A DNA stretch of 64,000 nucleotides from Macrostomum lignano (GCA_002269645.1 NIVC01001020.1:1-64000), one strand, 5' to 3'. Shown: positions 22,986-35,313, numbered from the stretch's first letter. Numbers and translations: made by a program. Notes: generated by a model not told the origin, from the letters alone.

Positions 22986-23381
22986 GTGTAGATTGGCTGG
23001 CCAATCGCTGTTAGCGGGGCCGGGGGGCTTGTCGTCGCCCGTGTTTGGGGGTGCTTGGTCCGGGGGTGGGTGCGCCGCCCCCGGGGCGGGGGTGGGTGTC
23101 TGTGGGGCCTTTTTAGCCCCGTGCGTTGTGCCCGCCTCAGCCTATCTCTCCTCGCCAGCTTGAGTGCGTTTTTTTTCTGCTTTTAGCCCCCCTTTCTCGC
23201 AATTCCTGCAACTTATTTTTTCCTTTCGCTTCGTTTACCTTTTACTCTTCCAAATAGTTTTTTTCGAATGCTTTCCAAATATACTCATGTCTCGTAAGTT
23301 GCCCATACAGGGCGGTAGGATGTTTTGCTCGTGCTCTCCAATCGTTGCCTTTGCTTTCTCCCTCCGGGCGTTCCGCTAATT
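22986..23381 (-). repeat. Dispersed ~390-bp repeat, copy 2 (inverse of 7597..7978)
   Basis: Reverse-complement match to 7597..7978, roughly 90% identical by eye. Confidence 0.9.
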
Positions 23382-24117
23382 ATTATTTAAGACAAAAAGT
23401 AGCTCGTATTTAACTTTAAAACCTGGTACTTTATTTAAGTTGGGCACCCACTAATGTGGCTGGCTTCAACCCTTTTTTAAATCATTTCTTTGCTACACTA
23501 CTGCAAAGATTGGTTTCCTAAGTAGGTGGGAACAAGAGAAGCCACAAGGAGTAGCACTGAATCCCGCCATGGTTAAAAGAAGGCACGCAGCAGAATAAAA
23601 AGCTAAGACGCGCGTTCTACGTTTCCATGACAAGGCTATTGAGGAAGCCAGCTGCTGCACTTCATCGCCTCACAGCCTCACCAGAGTCAGCTCTGGCTCG
23701 CTATATGGTAAAACGCTTCGGTTGTGTAACCTGCCAGCCCGTGCTGCCTGACAAGCGCTGAGCTTCACGCCCACCTGTTGAAGACTATTTTAAAGCTGGG
23801 TAGATGAGCTGAGCTGAGCCAAGAGGAGACGAGAAGAGAAGGAAAGACAAGCATGTCAGACCGGTGATGCTGAGTTAAATTGAAGCTGCAAAGCAAGACA
23901 AACAGTGGCTGAAAAAGGACTGCTTTTGCATACACGGCGCACAAAGTTTATCTATTGACTGTGATTTCGCTAGCCAGTGAGCAAACTCAAAAGCACCTGT
24001 TTGCAGTTAATAAGTCTGATTTAAGGTCGCAGACAGTGAAAACTATTTTTCTTTGCAAACTCAAATGTTGAGCTGATTTTCGCTCAAAGCGCACTGCTTA
24101 ACCACCAAAGAGCAGAG

Positions 24118-25732
24118 ATGAGCCAGGTGCGCCTGGCCCTGTCCGACCCCATCAGCAGCTCGGCCGCCCCAACTGTCCGAGAGCCGGCCACGAACCGGGA
24201 GAGGCTGGACCAGCTGCAGGCGACTGCGCAGCGGTACCGCAAAGCGTTCAATGCGCGACGGGTGGCCTACAAGTAAGCGCTAACAATAGTAATAAAAACT
24301 GTACTCAGCAACAGTCAAAAGTTCCACCCTCCAAGCCAGATGAATTTTCTTCACTTTTGCGAGTGACGCAACAAAATTACTACCCACGCGCAAAGCTTAA
24401 TCGCCACTTGGGGTGGTTTGGCTCCACTAGCTTAATGGTCCAAGATGACAACGCGCCGCCACACCGAGCCGATGCTGTTAGTCAACTGAAAGAACAGCTA
24501 CAGCCGCGCACTCTGCACATGAATCCCATCGAGCATGTTTGGGGACTTCCTAAAATTCTGCGTTCGAAACGAAAATCCACTAAAGCAGAATGCTGCGCTT
24601 GGCAGCAGCTTTTCCCAGGACTTTCTGCGGCCGCCTCATCCTGGGGATGCACCGCAGAGTCGCCGCACTTCTGCGTGAGAGGGGACAGCACAGAGGGTGT
24701 ACAGCGGTCCTGACTTTCTAATCGTCAGGCATGTACACTTTCTGCGCCTTGGGGTTGGCCTTCATTGGGTGTGAATTTTGAGCCCAGTTTTTGTGCAAGT
24801 TTGTGCGGCCACCTACAGAGTCGAGTCAGGGTCGCGGCACGAGTCAGACGCGCTTTGCCTCTGTGGGTGCTGGCTGAATGGTAAATACGAGGTGACAGTG
24901 AGTTCAGTAAGTCAGTCAGTGAGTTCTTCCAAAGGATTAAGCGACTACCCCAATCACAGGCGTCACGTGGATTGTGTCAGACACCCAAAAAGTACGCTTC
25001 CTGACAGCTAAAGAGAGGCTTCTGACACTAAACTGGAATTCTTGGCACTCAAGCTGGCATTTCAGATACCCATAAGCAAGCCCCTAAATATTGCAATATC
25101 GATGCATTTTGCCGAGAACTCAATCAGATTTGATTCTCAAAGATTCGTTTGAACCCAATCCCAGTTAACCCAATTTGATTTTCGTTTGCCCGAATTCGCG
25201 CAGAGACTGGCACTCCAACAAGTCCGCCTCCTTCCTAGAAGCCCTGAAGCGGCTCCAGTGCATCGCCAGCAGCTCCTCCGCGCCGTCCATCGCGTCCATC
25301 GCCGAGTTTCGCGAGCTCCGCGCCCAGGCGGCCGACCTGCGCCGCCTGCAGCCGCAGAAAGGCGCCGCCGCGGCGGAGCTGCAGCGTATCGACGAGTTTT
25401 TGAACCACTGGCGCGACTACCTGGCGCTGAAGGAGATCTTCGAGCGCGAGTTCGTCAGGCCGCTGGCCCGCCTGCTGGAGGCCACCGAGGCATTTCGCTA
25501 CCCGGCGATGCGGGCCGACTTGCTGAAGCTGATGGAGCGGCTGGATGCTGAATCTGACGAGCGGTTCGACTTCAGCGGCCTGCACAACACCACCGAAAAC
25601 CTGTTCACCTACAGGGTGCCGCTGCGGGACGAGCGGTTCCTGGGGCTGATGCAGATCCTGCCCAGACTCTTGCAGACGGGCTCGCAGGTGTGCTACTTCA
25701 CTGAGCAGCTGGTCAGCAACGACACCGAGTAG
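24118..25732 (+). CDS. Two-exon helical protein, ~227 aa, candidate SPACA9 (C9orf9)-like
   Basis: Exon 24118-24272 (ATG..TACAA|GTAAGC) joins 25204-25732 (GCAG|A GAC) in phase 2, with GC-rich codon bias. YKDWHSNKSASFLEALKRLQCIASSSSAPSIASIAEF and RFLGLMQILPRLL resemble, from memory, SPACA9 YKLFQQQQLTFTAALEHC..PISSIGQV and YGGVVSLIPLIL. Exon model is well supported; family call is tentative. Confidence 0.6.
24435..24546 (+). mobile_element. Tc1/mariner transposase catalytic-core relic, inside an intron
   Basis: QDDNAPPHRA...MNPIEHVW are the motifs around the second D and the E of DD34E; spacing is shortened to ~27 aa by loss of the WPxxSPDL segment. Confidence 0.7.
24660..24860 (-). mobile_element. 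SINE family 2, copy 2
   Basis: GGGTGTACAGCGGTCCTGACT.TCTAATCGTCAGGCATGTACAC is shared with ~30185; the reverse complement shares motifs with 11737..11985. Confidence 0.65.
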
Positions 25733-25857
25733 CCCGCGGCGAACAGCCGAGCCTCGCACGAAAATTGCTCTTCATCAAAAAACAAAAACGACAAGAGGTC
25801 CACTTTGAGACACCTAATCGGACCTACCTACCAGTTATCAGTTATACCTAACTATAT

Positions 25858-26775
25858 AGACAAACCCAAAGGACAAGGGCGCTATACCTAAAAGACAGGG
25901 GCGCCAAACCCAAAGGACAGGGGCGCTATACCTAAAAGGCAGGGGCGCCAAACCCAAAGGACAGGGGCGCTATACCTAAAAGACAGGGGCGCCAAACCCA
26001 AAGGACAGGGGCGCTATACCTAAAAGACAGGGGCGCCAAACCCAAAGGACAGGGGCGCCAAACCTAAAAGACAGGGTCGCCAAACCTAAAAGACAGGGGC
26101 GCCAAACCTAAAAGACAGGGGCGCCAAACCCAAAGGACAGGGGCGCCAAACCCAAGAGACAGGGGCTCCAAACCTAAAAGACAGGGGCGCCAAACCCAAG
26201 AGACAGAGGCGCCAAACCCAAGAGACAGGGGCGCCAAACCCAAGAGACAGGGGCGCCAAACCCAAGAGACAGGGGCGGCAAACCCAAGAGACAGGGGCGC
26301 CAAACCGAAAAGACAGAGGCGCCAAACCCAAGAGACAGAGGCGCCAAACCCAAGAGACAGGGGTGCCAAACCCAAGAGACAGGGGTGCCAAACCCAAGAG
26401 ACAGGGGCGCCAAACCCAAGAGACAGAGGCGCCAAACCCAAGAGACAGGGGTGCCAAAGCCAAGAGACAGAGGCGCCAAACCCAAGAGACAGGGGTGCCA
26501 AACCCAAGAGACAGAAGCGCCAAACATAAGAGACAGGGGCGCCAAACCCAAGAGACAGGGGTGCCAAACCCAAAGGACAAGGGCGCCAAACCCAAGAGAC
26601 AGGGGTGCCAAACCCAAGAGACAGAAGCGCCAAACATAAGAGACAGGAGGCCAAACTAGAGAGACAGGGGCGCCAAACCCAAGAGACAGGGGTGCCAAAC
26701 CCAAGAGACAGGGGTGCCAAACCCAAGCGACAGAGGCGCCAAACATAAGAGACAGGAGGCCAAACTAGAGAGACG
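25858..26775. repeat. 21-22-bp minisatellite (CCAAACCCAAGAGACAGGGGCG)
   Basis: Direct periodicity; overlapping ORFs on both strands are repeat translations. Confidence 0.95.
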
Positions 26776-27399
26776 GGGCCTTAGTGGTCCTTGCTAATGC
26801 ATTATCACCTTGGCAATAAATTCCAACACACATCATTGCTTTTTTGTTAATCATCTTCAGAAATACACAAAAATATTTTCCAATCATTTCACCCTGGCAA
26901 TAAGTCAAACATGTCCGGTTCTGGATTCATTCTGCATGCCGCAAGTTTGCGCTGGCATTTGCTTTCGGATTAGAAAGTCAGCGCTGGCGAAGATCCCCTG
27001 CTGAGTCCTCGAAATCCCCCGGAAAGCCTCGGGTGCTGAAGCGCTGAGGTGTCTAATCCGAGGCTCAGGCTTCCCTGTTTGGGATTTAATCCCCTCGCCC
27101 GGCCAAGGTGAAGATTTTCAACGCCAGCGGACAAGCCTCGGCCAGAAGCGGGACAAGTGCACTTGATCAGAGCCGGAGCGGAGGGCCTCAAGCGGTCTCG
27201 AGGCGAAGCGTTAATGGACCGCCTTTGTGCCGCGCCTCAAGCGGAAATTAACTTTCCCATGCCATATTAGCAGTTTCGTGTAAGGGCTAAATTAAACCCG
27301 TGTTGACTCTGCCACTGTTTTGATGATGAGTGAAAATGCAGCTTCACTTCAAAATTTGCAAGCCTGGGCTTCATCATTTCAGTTCTTTGGAGGACAGCC

Positions 27400-27858
27400 A
27401 TGTGAGTGAGTGTGAGAGTGAATGCAGATTCGAGAGTGAATGCAGGTGTGAGAGTGAATGCAGGTGTGAGAGTGAATGCAGGTGTGAGATTGAATGCAGG
27501 TGTGAGAGTGAATGCGGGTGTGAGAGTGAATGCGGGTGTGAGAGTGAATGCAGGTGTGAGAGTAAATGCAGATTCGAGAGTGAATGCGGGTGTGAGAGTG
27601 AATGCGGGTGTGAGAGTGAATGCGGGTGTGAGAGTGAATGCAGGTGTGAGAGTGAATGCGGGTGTGAGAGTGAATGCGGGTGTGAGAGTGAATGCGGGTG
27701 TGAGAGTGAATGCGGGTGTGAGAGTGAATGCGGGTGTGAGAGTGAATGCAGGTGTGAGAGTGAATGCAGGTGTGAGAGTGAATGCAGGTGTGAGAGTGAA
27801 TGCAGGTGTGAGAGTGAATGCGGGTGTGAGAGTGAACTCAAGTGTGAGAGTGAATGCA
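27400..27858. repeat. 18-bp minisatellite (GTGTGAGAGTGAATGCRG)
   Basis: Period 18; gives CESECG, VNAGVR and PAFTLT translations. Confidence 0.95.
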
Positions 27859-28165
27859 TAAAAACTATCTGCAGGTCCAGTGAACCGAAGCGGCACAGCA
27901 CTCAGGTTGGGGGCACTGAGAATATCAAGTCTCACTAACGCAAGGACAGCTGCTACGAAGTCGGCTCTACCCACGAATGCAGAAGCTCAATCGAATAGTC
28001 CTACTGCCGCTCGTGAATATTTCACGGATTCCTTGGGGTCGAGCTGTGGGTTACACAGTGCGGGCTTTTAATTATGGATGCAGCTGCGCCCGCGACTAGC
28101 ACTGGAACTGATATTCCCGGGAGTGACGTGCTTAGCACACAAGGGATGAGAAAGGAAGGTGAAAA

Positions 28166-28248
<83 letters not shown>
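28166..28248. repeat. (GATA)n microsatellite
   Basis: Direct tetranucleotide run. Confidence 0.95.
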
Positions 28249-30084
28249 CATGTACCAGTAGATAGATGAAAAGAGTTCAGCCAGTAATGCAAATATTTAC
28301 TTATCTCAGCAGCCTGCTGTCGAGGCTAACTGAGGTGAGAGGGCGTGACTGATTAATTTGTGGCCGGATGACGGATTGAACAAAGCAAGCCTGCAAAAAC
28401 TACAAGGCAATTCAGAGCTCTGTTTGCTGCCGCCAAAGCGATATCAGTTCCGTTTAATTAAAAGTTCCTACCTGACTAAAAGCACGGCAGCGCCACCAAT
28501 CCGGGCACCAATGCCATTTCAGATGCCTCGGCAGCCATACATGAGCAGCCAGAGTTTCCACTTGCACAGACTTGTCTGCCCCTGGCTTTTCCGGGATATA
28601 ACTATGAAAAAGATATGAAAACAGCTAAATAAGAAAATATTCCTATGGGACGTGAGGAACGGCCGCTCCGAGGCGGGCTGAACAGGGGAGAGCCGGGCGT
28701 GTTGACTCAGGGCGGGCCTGCAGCCTCCGTGCTGCGCAAGGCTGCAGGAATTTTCCATCTGCCGCAGAGTTTTCGCTTGGAAAGAAAACTGCAAAAAACA
28801 GAGGCCCGAGTTTCTTTTTTTGAGACTCCCGCGTCTCCTGAGCTCTCAGGGTAAACAGATGAGGAAATAGGCATTCACTTTCAGGTGCGCCGGGCGATGA
28901 GGCGAAAGAAATAATGAAGCTGGGGATCGATAATGCTCCCCATGGCCTTCCTTCTGCGAGGCTCTGGCGGATTGTCTTAGGAAATTTCTAAGAAAGAAGA
29001 GACTGGGAGGAGATGAGCTGTTTGCCCCGGCACCCCGGCACAGCCCAGGAGTGGAGAAGGAGAGGAACAGGTGGCTCTGGAGCTCACACCTGAATTCTGC
29101 CACTTTTGAATGACACGCCTGAGACCTTACGAGAATGTACTTTCCAGCCCTGCAGGATCGCTGGTAGTGAATCATTTTTGAGACGCTCTGAACCTGGGCT
29201 TGTACACGAAAATTAGCCGGGAGGTGTCGTGCAATTCACATGCATAAGATCCAAATCCGATGAGAAGCGATGAGAAGCGTCCGGTCAAAACTGGCGAGCA
29301 GGTATTACTGCTGACAGCGGCAGTCAAATCCTTGATCTCCGATGCTAATCACCTGCTGCGATGTAAGAAAATCTAAATGAAATCTGAAGCAATACCTGCG
29401 TTCTGCGTTTACACCTTGGCAAAGCCACTCGGGCTCATATTTTGAGCTTTACTTTCAAAAACCCCGGATGGCTTTGTGACGGCCTGCCTTCTGTAGCAGA
29501 AGCCTTCTCAAACAGTTCTCATTTTAAACTGAAAGTTGAGAACTGCACGAATCTACGGAATTAAAGACGTTCTGATAGCTTTTTGTTAATGATCAAGGAA
29601 GCTGCACGACTTATCAAGCTTTGACTTGTGCTGATTGAAAGGCGCTCCCGACTTGCTACAGGCAGTGCAGCGATCGGGGCGGGGCGATGCGGAGATGCTG
29701 AAAAATTTCCTGGATGTTCCTCACCGTAGAAAAGGGGGCTGAGCTGATGATGCGGGCTGATTACTGGATAAAATCTCTGCCGCAGATGACAGGAATGCGT
29801 GGGCGGGCGCAGGCCGTCCTGATTGCAGGCCGAGCGCGGGGGACTCTAAGATTGGATACTGTTGAGCAAATTTTTCTGCTTCAAAAAGAAGAGGCAACTC
29901 GTCATTTTGCTGTCATGAAAAATGTGCTTGTTTTCGAGGTCATTAACTAATGCTCACAATTTTCACCTTGCTGAATGGGGCAAAACAGCATGCGACTAAT
30001 GAAGAGAGTTTCGTTGAGTTCCAGTTGGTGAACTAGCTGATTGGCTTTATGACATCCGGTTGGGGAATAATAAAAGTTTTCGCT

Positions 30085-30285
30085 GCCTGCCTGGGGACAG
30101 AAATGCGGCCCATTCCTCTGCTCCTGAGCATACAATCGCGTCAACACTGTACTCAGGCACGCACTCATGCACACGCTCTCACAGGGTGTACAGCGGTCCT
30201 GACTGTCTAATCGTCAGGCATGTACACCCTCTGTGCCTTAGGATCGAACCAGGGTCTGCGGCGCGAGAGTCTGAGCTGCCCCGCC
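30085..30285 (-). mobile_element. SINE family 2, copy 3 (internally deleted)
   Basis: Reverse complement starts GGCAGCTCAGACTCTCGCGCCGCAGACCCTGGTTCGATCC, then shows body motifs shared with the other two copies. Confidence 0.65.
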
Positions 30286-30431
30286 CCATTCCAGTAAAGC
30301 AAAGATCTGCACACCGCAATTCCTATCTTGCCTTGCGACAGGTGTTACAATATATTTCACCTTCAATAACAAATTATCAACCAGATGCAGCAGTAGCTTT
30401 GGCTTCATCGCTTTCGGTCAGCTTCAGCTGT

Positions 30432-32514
30432 TCAGCTCTGCAAGCCACCAAAGCTGGAGGCGCAGCTGGCAGCTTCAACGTCGTATGGATGAGCGGCGCC
30501 GCGATCCACCGTCAGGAAATTCTCCGGGGTGGCGCCCGTCGACATCAAAGGCGCCACCGCCGCCGCCGCAGGTTCCGCAGCCGCCCCGCGTTCCTCGATC
30601 TCCTCCACGCTGGGGGAGCTGCCGGCCGGCCGCGAGTCCCGCCGCTCTTCAGTCTCCGATTCTCCCGACTGTCCGCCAGATGTCCGCAGTCGCCGAAGCG
30701 CCAGCCGGATGTCCGGGTGCAGCCGGAGGTACACCAGCGGCTTCAGCGCCAGCATGAACGCCAGGCCGACGCTGCCGATGTTGGCGGTGGTCAGGAGAGC
30801 CAAGCCGACTCGCTGCTGACTCGGCGGCGCCAGGAACCGCCCGGCCGTGGCCAGCGAGCTCGGCAGGCTGAGCGACTGCACAGCCAGCAGCCAGGCGGCC
30901 AGCCGCAGCTGCCGCCGCATGCGCGCCTTGCCCTGCTGCTCCACGGCCTCGGCGCTGAGCGCCAGCTGGGGGGCTGACGAGGAAGCTGCGTTTGCGGAGG
31001 CTGCGGCGGTGGCGGGGGCGCCAGCGGAGTCGGCTGAAGACTGGCGCGAGTTGGCGAAGTAAAATGCAGCCGCCACCGTGACTGGCAGCACCTGCGGGTT
31101 TGGATGTGTATAGTGAGCTGTGAGTTGAGATATAGTGAGCTGTGAGATGGGATATAGTGAGCTGTGAGATGGGATATAGTGAGCTGTGAGATGGGATATA
31201 GTGAGCTGTGAAATGGGATATAGTGAGCTGTGAGATGGGATATAGTGAGCTGTGAGATGGGATATAGTGAGCTGTGAAATGGGATATAGTGAGCTGTGAA
31301 ATGGGATATAGTGAGTTGTGAGATGGGATATAGTGAGCTGTGAGATGGGATATAGTGAGCTGTGAGATGGGATATAGTGAGCTGTGAAATGGGATATAGT
31401 GAGCTGTGAGATGGGATATAGTGAGCTGTGAGATGGGACATAGTGAGCTGTGAGATGGGATATAGTGAGCTGTGAGATGGGATATAGTGAGCTGTGAGAT
31501 GGGACATAGTGAGCTGTGAGATGGGACATAGTGAGCTGTGAGATGGGACATAGTGAGCTGTGAGATGGGATATAGTGAGCTGTGAGATGGGACATAGTGA
31601 GCTGTGAGATGGGACATAGTGAGCTGTGAGATGGGATATAGTGAGCTGTGAGATGAGCCTCCGCTGCTCACCTGCGTGAAGACGGACAGGCCGAAGAGGA
31701 ACCTGGCCACCGCGGGCTCATCGGACAGCAGCACTGGAAGGCTGCTCCACAGCCGCCTGTCGTAGCTGAAGGCGAGCTGGCGGCACTCGAACAGCACCAG
31801 ATACCAGATGTTGCCGCCTAGGCTGAAGAAGGCAACGAAGCTGGGGTAGATGAAGATGCCGCAGGGCGCGGCGCCGATCACCCTGTCGTAGTGGCGCGGC
31901 CGGGCGAAGCGCATGAGGCTGGCCAGGATGAGCAGGTCCATGGTGAGGCAGGACTGCGTGATGTACGCCCTGAACCGGCACGTCAGCGCCGACCAGATCG
32001 ACTCTACGAGGTCCATGGTGGACTCGGCCTCGGCTGTGGACAGCGCTGGTACCAGGAAGTCGCCGACAAGGCAGCTGACGGCCAGCACCAGGTCGGAGGC
32101 GGAGTTCATGCAGATGCTGATGACGCCGAAGTCCGACAGGCGAATCCTGCCGGCGTGCAGCAGCCAGAGCACCAGCAGGTTGAGCAGCAGGGAGGCGAGC
32201 AAGGCGCCGGCCGTGACGGCCATGGGGGCCAGGGTGTGCGGATTGGACACCCACTGCGACGGGCGCGGCAGGCTGCGGCAGCGGCCGAGAGGGTCCACGG
32301 CCTGGGACACCAGCCGGGTGAGCTGCCGCTGCTGCTGGCGAGCCTCTCCGCCCAGGTGGTGGCACTGCAGCAGCGGCATCAGAATCTGCGACCGGCTGTC
32401 CGGCAGCAGCTGCTCACGGGTTGAACTGTTGCTCCTTGCTGCTTCTAGAGGAGCAGCTGCTGCTGCTGCTGCTGCTGCCATGCCTGCGAAAATCACAAGC
32501 CAGACTGTTGCCAT
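30432..32514 (-). CDS. Class A (rhodopsin-like) orphan GPCR, 2 exons, ~500 aa
   Basis: Exons 32514-31672 (CAG|GTGAGC) and 31091-30432 join in phase 0. Signal-like N-terminus; TM1 LLLN, TM2 ASDL, TM3 CRF..LMRF, TM5 VLPVT..FY, TM6 LSLP, TM7 KPLVY, helix 8 PDIRLALRRL. Confidence 0.8.
31105..31655. repeat. 22-bp minisatellite (GGGATATAGTGAGCTGTGAGAT) filling the GPCR intron
   Basis: Direct periodicity between donor and acceptor. Confidence 0.95.
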
Positions 32515-33091
32515 GCTGATGGAGCTGCTCTGGAGGTGCTGAACTTGAGCAGCTCGATGTGGCCGCTTGATACTATAATAGACTCAGGGAAGAGAGCGAG
32601 AGAAGGCAGGAGATGGGAAGGGAGGCCTGCCCGGTTTTGATTGGCTGCTCTGTCAGTTCATTTGATTTTTAACTATAAACACTTCTGCAGACCTAAATTT
32701 AGCATTGAAGCTCTTGTAGCGGGAAAGGCCCTCGCGTTTCTTGGAGAATTTTTGAAGACTCAATTTTCCTTAAAAAGACATTTCATTTTTTAGAGACAGT
32801 GCTGGATTTGAAGGCTCATCGAATTAATCCTCTCTCGAATGTTAATCCCTTCTCAAAAGATTTTTCTAAAAAACAGAACGTCTAGTCTACCTGTCAGCAG
32901 TGGCCTTTGCGCTGTCTTAAAAAGTCTCAATAATATTGAAGCGTATTAGCAACAGAAATTAGTTGAATTCTCATGATAATCAAGCAGAGTGTTTCAATAC
33001 GTCAAAGTAGTCTGAAACGAACACAGACACGAACTCAATTTGTCCACTAGAAGCCAAGACATTTCTTGTCTCTTATAGTTATATTGATCTA

Positions 33092-33149
33092 TAGTCTGTC
33101 TGTCTATCTGTCTGTCTATCTGTCTGTCTGTCTGTCTGTCTGTCGTCTA

Positions 33150-33228
<79 letters not shown>

Positions 33229-33263
33229 GCCTGTCTGTCTGCCTGCCTGTCTGTCTGCCTGCC

Positions 33264-33306
<43 letters not shown>

Positions 33307-33307
33307 G

Positions 33308-33344
<37 letters not shown>

Positions 33345-33359
33345 TAGTGTCTGTCTTAG

Positions 33360-33436
<77 letters not shown>

Positions 33437-33471
33437 GCCTGTCTGTCTGCCTGCCTGTCTGTCTGCCTGCC

Positions 33472-33526
<55 letters not shown>

Positions 33527-33527
33527 G

Positions 33528-33568
<41 letters not shown>

Positions 33569-33583
33569 TAGTGTCTGTCTTAG

Positions 33584-33656
<73 letters not shown>

Positions 33657-33659
33657 TAG

Positions 33660-33726
<67 letters not shown>

Positions 33727-33782
33727 GTGTCTGTCTGTCTGTCTGTCTGTCTGTGTGTCTGTCTTGTCTGTCTGTGTGTCTC

Positions 33783-33815
<33 letters not shown>

Positions 33816-33932
33816 GTGTCTGTCTGTCTGTCTGTGTGTCTGTCTGTCTGTCTGCCTGCCTGTCTGTCTGTCTGTCTGTCTGTGTGTTTGTCTGTCTGCC
33901 TGTCTGTCTGTCTGCCTGTCTGTCTGTCTGCC
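33092..33932. repeat. (GTCT)n microsatellite
   Basis: Direct tetranucleotide run, ~840 bp. Confidence 0.97.
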
Positions 33933-33942
33933 TAGTTTAGTC

Positions 33943-34488
33943 TAGTTTAGGATGCAGTCTCAAGTTATAGTTTAGGATGCAGTCTCAAGTTATAGTTTAG
34001 GATGCAGTCTCAAGTTATAGTTTAGGATGCAGTCTCAAGTTATAGTTTAGGATGCAGTCTCAAGTTATAGTTTAGGATGCAGTCTCAAGTTATAGTTTAG
34101 GATGCAGTCTCAAGTTATAGTTTAGGATGCAGTCTCAAGTTATAGTTTAGGATGCAGTCTCAAGTTATAGTTTAGGATGCAGTCTCAAGTTATAGTTTAG
34201 GATGCAGTCTCAAGTTATAGTTTAGGATGCAGTCTCAAGTTATAGTTTAGGATGCAGTCTCAAGTTATAGTTTAGGATGCAGTCTCAAGTTATAGTTTAG
34301 GATGCAGTCTCAAGTTATAGTTTAGGATGCAGTCTCAAGTTATAGTTTAGGATGCAGTCTCAAGTTATAGTTTAGGATGCAGTCTCAAGTTATAGTTTAG
34401 GATGCAGTCTCAAGTTATAGTTTAGGATGCAGTCTCAAGTTATAGTTTAGGATGCAGTCTCAAGTTATAGTTTAGGATGCAGTCTCAA
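33943..34488. repeat. 25-bp perfect minisatellite (TAGTTTAGGATGCAGTCTCAAGTTA), ~22 copies
   Basis: Essentially invariant units at period 25. Confidence 0.97.
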
Positions 34489-35017
34489 GCTGACTGCAGC
34501 GCGCTGATTAGATCTGCTTCTGCTAATCTCAAAGGAGGAATCTTCTTTAACCTGGCGTGACCCAGCAGGCGAGCCCCTAAGGAATGTCGGGTGAAAAATG
34601 TCAGATCCTCGTTCTGCCCGCTTCATCTCAAAGGGATTTTGTATTAAAAATGCTTTTTCTTCATCCAGAGCTGCAGGCTGTTTCCCTTCTCCCTCGGCAG
34701 TGAGGGAGGCACGCGCAGCTGCACCCCCTGCTGCTTTGTCGCAATTGTCACCGAGGGAAGGCAACTAAAAAAGAGAATTATTAACAAAATAATCGCAGCA
34801 ATAACTCGGAGCAAAACGCTATTGTTATTTCCATATTTGGACAATCAAAGCTGCCATGTTTTCTCTTCTATTGTATCTTTTTTTGCCAGCCTTCTGGTAA
34901 ATATTTTTTCGAATAATGCCTTTTAATTAGCAGGTAAAAAACTCAAGTTATAATATGAAAAATCACTATTTACGAGCGTACAGGAGAATCTTTTTCAAAT
35001 ACACAAATTCAACATGT

Positions 35018-35205
35018 AACAGGTGAGACCCGTTTCTAACAGGTGAGACCTGTTTCTAACAGGTGAGACCTGTTTCTAACAGGTGAGACCTGTTTCTAAC
35101 AGGTGAGACCTGTTTCTAACAGGTAAACCTGTTTCTAACAGATGAGACCCGTTTCTAACAGGTGAGACATGTTTCTAACAGGTGAGCCATGTTTCTAACC
35201 GGTGG
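35018..35205. repeat. 20-bp minisatellite (AACAGGTGAGACCTGTTTCT) with internal palindrome
   Basis: Period 20; AACAGGT/ACCTGTT arms within each unit. Confidence 0.9.
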
Positions 35206-35234
35206 GATCCGTTTCTGGCAGGCGAGACCCGTCC

Positions 35235-35249
35235 GTCTTAGTGTTTTAG

Positions 35250-35310
<61 letters not shown>

Positions 35311-35313
35311 TAG

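Noticed and set aside
7597-23381. Inverted pair as TIRs of one 15.8-kb transposon
   Set aside because: No target-site duplication, no transposase inside, and arms differ by ~10% with indels; kept only as a weak possibility.
24705-24730. CTGACGA...GAAA on the minus strand of SINE family 2 as a hammerhead ribozyme
   Set aside because: Only 3 nt separate CUGACGA from GAAA (no stem II) and the motif is sequestered in a simple hairpin; the 30200 copy has GACA instead.
27330-27938. Cys-rich CESECR ORF as a metallothionein-like protein
   Set aside because: Translation of an 18-bp minisatellite open in several frames, with a non-ATG start and no splice or codon support.
28300-29900. Short GC-richer ORFs with possible splice sites
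   Set aside because: No consistent exon chain or recognisable motif could be built.
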